DNA of 64,000 nt from Planctomycetota bacterium (GTDB lineage Bacteria > Planctomycetota > JAJSAM01 > JAJVHW01): assembly GCA_021776825.1 (NCBI GenBank), contig JAJFFG010000103.1:11145-75144 (forward strand), in the 5' to 3' direction. Both the position numbers and the translations under genes were made by a program. Every line of letters starts with the position of its first letter. The stretch's first letter is position 1. This document shows, piece by piece, positions 47,924 through 56,755 of the stretch. Under the pieces are notes generated by a model. The model made no database searches and was not told the origin of the DNA. It was given only the letters and a program-made list of their open reading frames with translations.

Positions 47924-49677
47924 GTCGGCGGCGACGTCTGACGCGGCGCCAGAAGGTGTGGCTGTCGGTGGCTGCATCGGTCGTGGGGACCGCGGCGTTT
48001 GCCGGTCTCGCCGTGCTCTTCGCGGGTACGCGCGACACGGACCTGCGCGACCCGAACGCCGGCGTGACCAAGCGCTTCGCACACTCGATCCCCGAGGACG
48101 CCCCGCCGGTACGCTTCATGGATGTGGCCGACGAACTGGGTGTCAAGTTCGTCCACGCCACCGGACCGCGCACGCGTCACCTTCCGGAAGACAGCGGGTC
48201 GGGGCTCGCCTGGGGCGACATCGACGGGGACGGCGATCCGGACCTCTTCTGTGTCGGGTACGCGGTGCCGAACGCGCTGTACCGCAACGACGGGGGCGCG
48301 TTCACCGACGTGGCGACCGCGGCTGGCGTGGACGACCCGGACGGACGTGGGATGGGCGCGACGTTCGCCGACTACGACGCCGACGGCGATCTCGATCTGC
48401 ACGTAACCGCAGAAGGACCCGACCGGCTCTATCGCAACCGCGGTGACGGCACATTCGACGAGGTCGCGGTCGCGGCCGGGATCGCTGGGTCGGGGTGGAC
48501 CGTGGGCGTGGCATGGGGTGACTTCGACGCGGACGGGCATCTCGATCTCTACGTCTGCGCGTACCTCGACTACATCGATCTCGGCGAGCACGCCGAGGTC
48601 GAGGCGGGACCCGACTGGGCGTCGGTGCCGGCGAAGCTGAACCCCAACGCGTTCTCGGCGGCTCCCAATCGTCTCTATCGGAACCTCGGCGACGGGACCT
48701 TCGAGGAGGTCGCGGAGGCGCACGGCGTGAACAACCCGCGCGGGCGCTCGTTGGCAGCGGTGTTCTGCGATCTCGACCGAGACGGCCGGATCGATCTTTA
48801 CGTCAACAACGACGCCTCACCGAACGCGCTGTTCCTGAACACCGGCAGCTCCGACGGGCCACGCTTCCTCGACCGCTCCGCGTTGACCGGTACCGCCGAC
48901 CCACGCGGATCGATGGGCCTCAGCGTTCTCGACGCGCTCGGACCCGACGGCGCCCCCGATGGTCAGCCGGACCTGTTCATCACGCACTGGGTCGCGCAGG
49001 AGAACGCGCTCTACGAAGGCGTCGTCAGTCCGTCGGGACGTTTGATCTTCAAGGACCGGACGCGGCGGCAGCGGCTCGGCGAAGTCTCGGTCAGCGAGGT
49101 CGGGTGGGGCTGCGCCGCGATCGACCTCGACCTCGACGGACGCGTCGACCTGGCGGTCGTGAACGGCAGCACGCTCGAGGACAAGACCGACCAGACGCGA
49201 CTTGTGGCCGAGCGGCCGTTCCTGCTGTGGAACGACGGCGAGCGCTTCCACGATCTCGCTCCGGAGGGCGGCGACGCGTTCACGACGCCGCACTCGGCGC
49301 GCGGCCTCGCGGCAGCCGACTGGGACGCAGACGGCGACGTCGACCTCGCGGTGAACGTCAACCGCGGGCGACTGCTGCTGCTCCGCAACGACACCGACGT
49401 CCCCCATCGATCGCTCACGATCCGCCTCGAGGCGCCCGCGGCGGTGACTCACGGCGCGCGAGTCTCGGTGACCACGCCGGATGGTGCGCAGACGCGCTGG
49501 TGGGGCTGCGACGGCTCGTACGCCTCGTGGCATCACACGGACCTCGTGTTCGGGCTGGGCGAACACGAGACGGCCGACGTGCACGTGACGTGGGCCGACG
49601 GCACCGAGTCCTTGCTCACCGGCGCCAACGCGGAGCTCACTGGGACTGACGCAGGGCTCACGGTCGTACGACGCTGA
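47920..49677 (+). CDS. CRTAC1/ASPIC (UnbV) family protein with FG-GAP/VCBS-like repeats. GTG start overlaps the upstream stop (GTGA).
   Basis: Repeated ...GDIDGDGDPDLF..., ...ADYDADGDLDLHV..., ...GDFDADGHLDLYV..., ...CDLDRDGRIDLYV..., ...ADWDADGDVDLAV... modules, and a C-terminal ASPIC/UnbV-like segment (...VSVTTPDGAQTRWWGCDGSYAS...). Confidence 0.7.
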   Translation: MSRRRRLTRRQKVWLSVAASVVGTAAFAGLAVLFAGTRDTDLRDPNAGVTKRFAHSIPEDAPPVRFMDVADELGVKFVHATGPRTRHLPEDSGSGLAWGDIDGDGDPDLFCVGYAVPNALYRNDGGAFTDVATAAGVDDPDGRGMGATFADYDADGDLDLHVTAEGPDRLYRNRGDGTFDEVAVAAGIAGSGWTVGVAWGDFDADGHLDLYVCAYLDYIDLGEHAEVEAGPDWASVPAKLNPNAFSAAPNRLYRNLGDGTFEEVAEAHGVNNPRGRSLAAVFCDLDRDGRIDLYVNNDASPNALFLNTGSSDGPRFLDRSALTGTADPRGSMGLSVLDALGPDGAPDGQPDLFITHWVAQENALYEGVVSPSGRLIFKDRTRRQRLGEVSVSEVGWGCAAIDLDLDGRVDLAVVNGSTLEDKTDQTRLVAERPFLLWNDGERFHDLAPEGGDAFTTPHSARGLAAADWDADGDVDLAVNVNRGRLLLLRNDTDVPHRSLTIRLEAPAAVTHGARVSVTTPDGAQTRWWGCDGSYASWHHTDLVFGLGEHETADVHVTWADGTESLLTGANAELTGTDAGLTVVRR

Positions 49678-49698
49678 CGACGTCGGTATCGTCGGTGC

Positions 49699-50736
49699 GT
49701 GACGAGCACGGCACCGCCCACGGAGACACGACGACGGTGGCGCCCCGTGCTGGCGGTCGTCGCCATCGTGACCGCGCTCACGCTCGCCGAGATCGGGCTC
49801 CGCGTGCTGCACCACTCACAAGGGCACTACTCCACGACCGACGCGGCGCAACGGGCACGTGAGCAGAGCATCTGGCGCGTCAGCCCAGACCCGGAGCTGG
49901 TCTACGTCCATCGCTCCAGTGTGACCGGCCGAAGCGGAGCGCGGCTCGACGCGCACGGCGTGTTGCGCGTCGGAGAGACGATCCTCGCGAAGCCGGACGG
50001 GATGTGCCGCGTCGTGGTGCTCGGCGACTCGATCGCCGCCGGGCTCTCGGTGCCGTCGGGGTTGCGATTCGCGGACCTCCTGGACAGTTCGCTGCGCGTC
50101 TCCCCTCCGCAGGCATATCGCACCGCCGAGGTCCTGAACTTCGCGGTCGACGGCTACGACACCCGGCAGGAGGCGCGCCTGCTCGAGACGCACGCCGGGC
50201 GCTTCGATCCGGACCTCGTCATCGTGCAGTACTGCCTGAACGATCCGGCGGAGAGCGTGACGCCGCTTGCGTGGTTCCGCGACCCCGAGCCGCCGGTCTC
50301 CGAGCTGCTCGCGCTCATCGGTCTCGGGGGGCGCGAACGTCTCGTCTCACCGGCAGCGCCACCGTCGGTCGAACCCGGTCACTGGGCATCCATCTACGAT
50401 CCGGACGGAGCCGGATGGCCGATCGTCGCAGCGGGGCTCGACCGCATCGGCGCGTTCACGCGGGCGTCGGAGATCCCGGGTCTCGTCGTCATCGTGCCGC
50501 TGCTCGATCCCGACGATCCCAGTCACGCGCAGACGGCGCCGTATCGCGCGCAAGTCGCGGCGCACTGCGAGGCAGCCGGGCTGAGCGTCCTCGATCTCAG
50601 CGAGGCGTTCGCCATCTCGACGATCGCGGAGCTCCGGCACGCCGACGGCGACATCTACCACCTCAGCGCGGAGGGTCACGCGGCGGCAGCGCGAGCGGTC
50701 GAAACCGCGACGCGGCACCTGCTTTCCGAGCGCTGA
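49699..50736 (+). CDS. SGNH/GDSL-family hydrolase
   Basis: ...RVVVLGDSIAAG... GDS(L) motif block I. N-terminal TM anchor. Confidence 0.65.
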   Translation: MTSTAPPTETRRRWRPVLAVVAIVTALTLAEIGLRVLHHSQGHYSTTDAAQRAREQSIWRVSPDPELVYVHRSSVTGRSGARLDAHGVLRVGETILAKPDGMCRVVVLGDSIAAGLSVPSGLRFADLLDSSLRVSPPQAYRTAEVLNFAVDGYDTRQEARLLETHAGRFDPDLVIVQYCLNDPAESVTPLAWFRDPEPPVSELLALIGLGGRERLVSPAAPPSVEPGHWASIYDPDGAGWPIVAAGLDRIGAFTRASEIPGLVVIVPLLDPDDPSHAQTAPYRAQVAAHCEAAGLSVLDLSEAFAISTIAELRHADGDIYHLSAEGHAAAARAVETATRHLLSER

Positions 50737-50760
50737 CGCGATCGGGTAGGCTCCTCGCCA

Positions 50761-51278
50761 TGCCGAAGAAAGCCACCACCGTCGACGCCTACCTCGCCAC
50801 GTTGCCCGAAGACCGCGTGGAGTTGGTCGGGACCCTGTTCGCGACGATCCGCAAGAACCTCGATCCGAAGTTCGAGGAGGGCGTGCAATACAACATGCCC
50901 GCGTTCTACCTGCCGCACTCGGAGTACCCAGCGGGGTACCACTGCGACCCGAAGCAGCCGCTGCCGTTCGCGTCCGTCGCTTCCACAAAGGGCGGCGCGT
51001 CGATCTACCTGTTCGGCGTGTACTGCGACGAGATCGCGCGCGATCGCCTGGCCACCGAGTGGAAGGCGACCGGCAACCGCTTGGACATGGGCAAGTCCTG
51101 CATCCGCGTCAAGAAGCTCGAGCACGTGCCGCTCGACGTGCTCGGCAAGACCGTCAAGCGCATCACCGCCGCCAAGTTCGTGAAGGCGTACGAGAAGAGC
51201 GTGCAGGCCGCCGGTGCCAAGTCCGCGAAGAAGGCGGCGAAGAAGCCCGCCAAGCGATCGACGAAGAAGTCGACGTAG
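50761..51278 (+). CDS. DUF1801 (YdhG-like) domain protein with a Lys/Ala-rich C-terminal tail
   Basis: MPKKATTVDAYLATLPEDRVELVGTLFATIRKNL... fits the DUF1801 N-terminal pattern. Track ORF 50004 is an unlikely 5' extension. Confidence 0.6.
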
Positions 51279-51345
51279 CGCCCACCCAGCGCAACGGCAC
51301 GCCCCGCGTAGACTGGCCGGGAAGAGTCGGCGACGGGAGGGTTGA

Positions 51346-51843
51346 GTGGCGCGCGTCCTAGTGTTCCTGTCCCTCCTTCTCGGCGTCGTGGCCGCGCTGT
51401 CGACCGCCGCTACGGCGAAGGACACGCCCACGTATCCAGGCGGGACGTCGCAGCAGACCTGGGACGAGCGGCGCTTCACGCTGCGTGCGCCCGAGACGTT
51501 CGAGGACGGGAAGTCCTACTCCCTCATGCTCGTCGTATCCGGCACTGGAGGTGCCACACCGGAGTTCGACGTCCTACCGCCGCAGGACTACGTGGTGTGC
51601 ACACCCCGTGCGACGAACCCCCGCGCGTGGGCGACGTCGGAGGCGAAGGTGCGAACGGCCGGTCGGGCGCTGCGAGCGATCAAGCTCAGCCGCGAGAGCC
51701 ACGCGGAGACGTTCGCGTCACTGGGCTGCACGACGACACCGGCGGTGGTCGTCGTCGAGGCGTCATTCGAGCCACGCGCGCTCTTCGAGGGCGAGATCAA
51801 GACGAAGGCCCTCGCCAAGGCACTCGCCGCCGCCGCGAAGTAG
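51346..51843 (+). CDS. Secreted hypothetical protein
   Basis: Signal peptide MARVLVFLSLLLGVVAALSTAATA. 165 aa. Confidence 0.5.
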   Translation: MARVLVFLSLLLGVVAALSTAATAKDTPTYPGGTSQQTWDERRFTLRAPETFEDGKSYSLMLVVSGTGGATPEFDVLPPQDYVVCTPRATNPRAWATSEAKVRTAGRALRAIKLSRESHAETFASLGCTTTPAVVVVEASFEPRALFEGEIKTKALAKALAAAAK

Positions 51844-51846
51844 CCT

Positions 51847-52234
51847 CTAGCAGGCTGTCGGAGTTAGGGCCTCGACGGGCCACGCAGGTTGGCGCGACAG
51901 CCTGCTAGCTATAGGCCGCTGGCTGGCGAGCGGAGGCGAATTGCGGCGTGGCCGGGCCTCCTGCGGCGTCCCGCGCCGACGCGGGCGTCTTGGAGCGGGT
52001 TCCTCGCCAAGTCCGGCTCGAAACGGCGGCTCACGCCCTCACGGCGGCCAGTTTCAGCAGGTTGTGCGCCGTGCCGAGGATGGTCCACTTCCCACGGACG
52101 AAACACCCTCTCACTCATGCCCAGATCATGGTCCACGGCGACGACGCTCTGGTGCCCGGCGGGGGTCTATCTAGCAGCCTGTCGCGCCGGCAGTCTCCCG
52201 CACGGCGACGCCGAAACTCCGACGGGCTGCTAGC
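51847..52234. mobile_element. 388-bp hairpin-ended non-autonomous element, copy 2
   Basis: Same terminal 14-bp-stem hairpins and internal sequence as copy 1 (21546-21933). It is intergenic, between a secreted-protein gene and a peptidase-like gene. Confidence 0.8.
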
Positions 52235-53297
52235 GACCGAGCGGGAACGTCCAGGTGACGTTCGAGCCGGCCTTGCCGAGCGCGGACTTCGTCTCGGCGT
52301 AGACGTTCAGCCAACGCTGTCCGCCCCAGGCCTCGTGACGGACGGTGTGGCGGACGAGTTCGGCCGGAGCGCCGTCGACCTCCAGGACGACCGTCGGCTC
52401 ACCCGGCTCGCCCTTCATGTCGTCGGGCAGCGGCACGCGCACGTAGAGGTGGCGCGTGAAGCGGTTGCTCGTACTCGGCGAGTGCCATCTCACCGCGATC
52501 GCCTTCGAGCGCCGCGAGGTAGCCCGTCACTCCCGCATGCACCCAGCCGAGCGAGACCAATCGCTCGGGCGCGATCGTCTTCGGCGACAGGTAGATGGGC
52601 TGAAACGCGCAGGGGTGGAACGATCGGGAGAGGACCGCGGTGAAGCACGCGCCGGAGATCACGACCGGGGCTCGCGGCAGGTCGAGCGCAGAGATCTGCT
52701 CGCCCGTCAGACCCTTCGTGATCGCCCATGGGTTGCCGTGTCCGTAGTGGATGAGCACATCGAGGCGCGACAGCTTGTCGCCCGGCGGAGTGGCGGACGC
52801 CATCCCGGCCACGGCCTTCTCGAGCGGGTTCGCGTCGCGCTCGATCGTCCGACGAGCGCTGCGAGGTCATCGCCGTTGCGCGCGGTCAGGTACCCGAAGT
52901 GGAAGTCCGGCATCGGGTCGCGATCGAGCGTGCGACTGAGTTCGAGCACGTCGAGGTGGAAGTTCATGTCCACGGTCGTCGGCGTGACGGCGAGCACGAC
53001 GTACTCGGGACCGATGCGCGCGAGGGCCTTGCGAACGTCCTCGAGTTCGGACTCCTCGAAACGGAGGACCTTCGCGTCGCGATGCTCGGCGAGCCGCTTC
53101 ACGGCATCCCAGCCATCGCTCCTCGGGCCCAGGTTGGTGACGATCGTGGTGACCCCGAGGCCGCCGGCCTTCGGCAGTCCCTTCTTCGCCGCGAGCGGCT
53201 TCTCCCTCGCGAGCGCCGGCGTCGCCGGAATTGCCAGCAGCGCCATGGCGAGCACGGCCGGGGCAAACACGGCAGAGAGAAGACGGCTACTCATCAT
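52230..53297 (-). pseudogene. Secreted clan-CD-like (caspase/legumain-fold) cysteine peptidase candidate, disrupted by two apparent +1/-1 frame changes (near 52840 and 52460). It may be a pseudogene or carry sequence errors.
   Basis: Three consecutive same-strand ORFs (53297-52707, 52812-52399, 52493-52230) read as one protein. Signal peptide MMSSRLLSAVFAPAVLAMALLA. ...VLIHYGHGNPW...(30 aa)...VVISGACFTA fits a His-Gly...Ala-Cys dyad. Its ATG overlaps the PA14 gene's last codons. Confidence 0.4.
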
Positions 53298-55932
53298 CGG
53301 GACGGATCCAGCGGGCGGGGACGTCGTTGTGAGCGGCAATGCCGTACGCGTTCCAGTAGAGGTGCATCTGGGCCTCGCCGTCGAGCTGGAAGTAGTAGAG
53401 GTCGACGCGGTGCTCGCCGACACCGAGCCAGCGATTGCCCGAGCTCTCGGAGAGTCCGTGGAACGGACCGTTGTCGACAATGCGGCGACCATCCACGTAC
53501 AGGTACGCGCCGTCGTCGGCCTGGAGGATCCACACGAGGCGCTGGATCTGTGGCGAACCGAGCTGGCCATGCCAATGGACGGCCATCCGCTTTGTCGGGA
53601 ACGGCACGTCCCAGCCGTCCGGTCCTCGACGCCACGACGTCTCGACGCGCGAGAGATTCGGTGAGCGCTCCGCGAGCGCCGTGCGGTGGTTGTTGCCACC
53701 GGCGGCTGTCCGCAACTCCTCGTCGGTGCTGAACACGTAGTAGTCGGCGGTCAGGCCCATCGGCGTCGTGCGCTCGAACGCGGCGGCGTTGCTCGATCGG
53801 ACGCCGACCTCCACGCGGAGGTCGCCGGTGCCGACCGCCAAGGGGATGCGCACGACGAGGCGCCTGTCCTCGAGCTCGATCGGACGCGCCCAGACGTCAC
53901 CGGGGAAGTGCACTCGAACCAGGCGTGGGTCCTCACCGAATCCGCTCCCGGTCAGCTCCAGAGCGGCGCCGAGCGGACCGGCTGCATGCGTCGTCGTGAG
54001 CTCGGGCTCCGGTAGGTCGGTCAGCTCTTCCGGCGGGAAGAGGAAGCCGCGCGGGATGACGGCGCGCTCCAGCTCGTGCGGCCGCTGCCAGAACAGACGC
54101 AGGCGCGCGACGCCGCGGTTCTCGAAGAAGATGATCTCGACGGCATGGAAGCCGCGCGTGAAGTGCGACGTGCGCGTGACTTCGCGATACGCGTGGAGAC
54201 CCGGGTCTTCGAGGTACGCCTCACCGTCGATCGACAGCGCGGCGCCGTCGTCACAGCCGAGCGTGATGCGGTAGTCGTCCTCGGCGGGGAACCAGATGTA
54301 GCCCGTGTACCGCGCGGCGAACACGTCGGGCGCATACGGCAATTCCCAGAGACCGTCCTGGTGGTAGTCCAGCGGCCCGTCCAGCCGCACGAAGTAGGGC
54401 GCCAGCGTGTTGAAGTCCGGGTACTCCGCAAGGTCCTCGCCCAGCAGGAAGTACTCCCCGAACAGCCCGTTGATGCTGTCGACCTGGAAGGCGCGCGGCA
54501 GGCTCGAGAGCGGACCGACCTGCGCCACGACATCGCCTGTCTCGGCGCCGATCGGCACGACGACGACGAGTTCGTCAGACGTGGCACTGACGATCTCCGC
54601 CGGGACCCCGGCGAACGTCACGCGGTTGAGTGCCGCCGTGTCGGCGAACCCGACTCCGCGGAGGACGACCTCGTCGCCGAGGCGCGCAGAGACCGGTTCG
54701 ATACGGGTGACGTGCGGCTGCACGATCCCGGCGACCTCCGCCGGTGGAGCGAAGAAGCGCGGCTCGACGACGCGCTTCTCCCAGCTCGGACCCGTCCAGA
54801 ACAGGCGACACGACGCGAAGACGAAGTTCTCGTAGAAGACCACCTCGATCGGGTGGACCCCGGCGGTCAGCGTCACGACGCCGTCGGTCTCGGAGTACGC
54901 GCGCAGTCGGGCGTGCTCGACGACCACCTGCGAGCCGATGGTCAGGCGCACGCCGTCGTCGGACCCCATCGTGAACGTGTACTCGCCGGCCTCGGGCACC
55001 CGGAGCGTGCCGCGCCAGAGCGTCGCGAAGGTCTCGGGGTGGAACGGGAGTTTGAAGTCCTCGTCGCGGCCGAAGTCGATCGAGAGGTCGATGCGCGTGA
55101 ACGTCGGCGGCAGAGTCGTCAAATCCGGGATGTCGTGGATGCTGCCCGCGAGGAAGTCGTAGTAGTCCGCACGCAGCCCGTGCTGCGCGACCACGTGCTC
55201 CTCTTCGGCCTCCGCGCGCTCGTCCTCGGCGGCGACGCGCCGGCGTCCACCGCGCGCCTCCGGAACCGGGACCAGGTCCAGACGCGGGGCGCGATCGCTC
55301 GAGTGAGTGAACGTGGCGTCGGCTTCGGGGAACGCGGGAACGACCGGGGCCAGCACTGCCTCTCCCTCGGCGCCCTGGCTCCCCGGCTGCGGCCTCGCGA
55401 TGACCGGGACGCTGCCGGGAGCAAGCCAGACTGGCGGACGCACGTTGGCGGCCGGCTCCGCGGCGACCAAAAGCCCGCGGGCGTCGCGCAGGTTCCTGAG
55501 TCCCTTCCCGACGTCGAGCTGCCAGCCGCCGCGTCGTCCCTTCTCGGTGCGCACGGGCCGCCCGGTCTCCGCCCGCGCCGCCGAGATCCGCCAGTTCGCG
55601 TGGCCTCGCTCACGTACCCAGACGCGGCCGTCGGGCGCGACGATCCGGCGGCGCCCCTCGCGGCGCGATCCGGCCGGGAAAGGTCGGCCGTCCGGACCGA
55701 GAAGCGGTGAGCCGTCGTCGCCCACCAGATCCTCGAGAGGCTCCTCCGCGGCCGTAGCACCCGACGAGTCGACGGCGGAGGACGCCGCCCCAGGATCGAC
55801 ATCGCCCGGCACGTCGCGCATCACGAGGGTCACCGCCGCCGCCACACCGAGTGACGCCGTGACGAGCAGACCGGCCACGAGCCTCGAGCGCATCTCTGCG
55901 GGTGTCCTCCCCGGCACACGGCGATCCCGCAC
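53287..55932 (-). CDS. Large secreted protein with several PA14 domains and IPT/TIG-like domains
   Basis: Repeated ...ADYY.F......DL..L.P.......ID...G.... W.G.L.V...G.YTF...SDDG..L.I.G... (PA14-like) blocks. N-terminal TM/signal. Confidence 0.65.
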   Translation of the reverse strand: MRDRRVPGRTPAEMRSRLVAGLLVTASLGVAAAVTLVMRDVPGDVDPGAASSAVDSSGATAAEEPLEDLVGDDGSPLLGPDGRPFPAGSRREGRRRIVAPDGRVWVRERGHANWRISAARAETGRPVRTEKGRRGGWQLDVGKGLRNLRDARGLLVAAEPAANVRPPVWLAPGSVPVIARPQPGSQGAEGEAVLAPVVPAFPEADATFTHSSDRAPRLDLVPVPEARGGRRRVAAEDERAEAEEEHVVAQHGLRADYYDFLAGSIHDIPDLTTLPPTFTRIDLSIDFGRDEDFKLPFHPETFATLWRGTLRVPEAGEYTFTMGSDDGVRLTIGSQVVVEHARLRAYSETDGVVTLTAGVHPIEVVFYENFVFASCRLFWTGPSWEKRVVEPRFFAPPAEVAGIVQPHVTRIEPVSARLGDEVVLRGVGFADTAALNRVTFAGVPAEIVSATSDELVVVVPIGAETGDVVAQVGPLSSLPRAFQVDSINGLFGEYFLLGEDLAEYPDFNTLAPYFVRLDGPLDYHQDGLWELPYAPDVFAARYTGYIWFPAEDDYRITLGCDDGAALSIDGEAYLEDPGLHAYREVTRTSHFTRGFHAVEIIFFENRGVARLRLFWQRPHELERAVIPRGFLFPPEELTDLPEPELTTTHAAGPLGAALELTGSGFGEDPRLVRVHFPGDVWARPIELEDRRLVVRIPLAVGTGDLRVEVGVRSSNAAAFERTTPMGLTADYYVFSTDEELRTAAGGNNHRTALAERSPNLSRVETSWRRGPDGWDVPFPTKRMAVHWHGQLGSPQIQRLVWILQADDGAYLYVDGRRIVDNGPFHGLSESSGNRWLGVGEHRVDLYYFQLDGEAQMHLYWNAYGIAAHNDVPARWIRPDDE

Positions 55933-55961
55933 GCCGAATCGCCTGTTAGCCTCCTGAGCCT

Positions 55962-56645
55962 ATGTCATCGGACGCACCGCAGCCTTCGGGATCCCCCACA
56001 GAAACGAAGCGGCGTGGAACGTTGCTCCGTGGGCTCGCGATCACGGCGCTGATCGCGGTGCTTCTCGCGGCAGCGTTCCTCGGCGGCGCGATGGTGAGCG
56101 CGGCGTCCGGGCTGTTCCGCGAGGTCTTCGGCACGGACGCCCAGACGCAGGTCCGAGCGAGACCCAGTGTGGTCGTAGCCGTGCGCGACCTGGCGCAGCT
56201 CCAGACGACGACGTATCGGATCGAGCGTGTCATCGACGTCCGAGACAAGCAGTCGAAGTTCTTCGGCAAGGTCGAGTTCGAGGACGCGCTGCTGCTGGTC
56301 GCGGCCGCCGACGTCACGGCGGGCATCGACCTTGGCGCGCTCGACGAGGCCGACGTCCGGGCCAACCCCGACGCGGGCACGATCGAGATCACGCTGCCCG
56401 CTCCGAACCTCATCTCCACCGTGCTCGACAACGACGCGACGTACGTCTACTCGCGCGAGACCGACCTGCTTGCCAGCCGCAAGGAGGGACTCGAGGCGCG
56501 CGCACGACAAGAGGCCGAGACGGCCCTCCGCGACGCCGCTCTCGACGCCGGAATCCTCGACCGAGCTCGCACCGCCGCAGAGCGGTCCGTAGAGGGCCTT
56601 CTACGGTCGTTCGGCTACGACGATGTGACCATCCGCTGGCGCTGA
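55962..56645 (+). CDS. Membrane-anchored hypothetical protein (possibly DUF4230-like)
   Basis: N-terminal TM (LAITALIAVLLAAAFLGGAMV); 227 aa. Confidence 0.45.
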   Translation: MSSDAPQPSGSPTETKRRGTLLRGLAITALIAVLLAAAFLGGAMVSAASGLFREVFGTDAQTQVRARPSVVVAVRDLAQLQTTTYRIERVIDVRDKQSKFFGKVEFEDALLLVAAADVTAGIDLGALDEADVRANPDAGTIEITLPAPNLISTVLDNDATYVYSRETDLLASRKEGLEARARQEAETALRDAALDAGILDRARTAAERSVEGLLRSFGYDDVTIRWR

Positions 56646-56668
56646 TCGCCCGTGGCGTGAGTTCCGAG

Positions 56669-56706
56669 GTCTACGTATCCTGGCAGGGTCTACGTATCCT
56701 GGCAGG
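56669..56706. promoter_or_regulatory. Perfect 19-bp x2 tandem direct repeat GTCTACGTATCCTGGCAGG, about 50 bp upstream of the REC-HK-REC gene. Candidate regulator binding site.
   Basis: Read directly. Contains a TACGTA palindrome. AT-richer than its surroundings. Confidence 0.5.
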
Positions 56707-56755
56707 GTGACGGGGCCCGAGGCGGCGGATCCCGTGAGGCGAAGGGACGGCGCCG

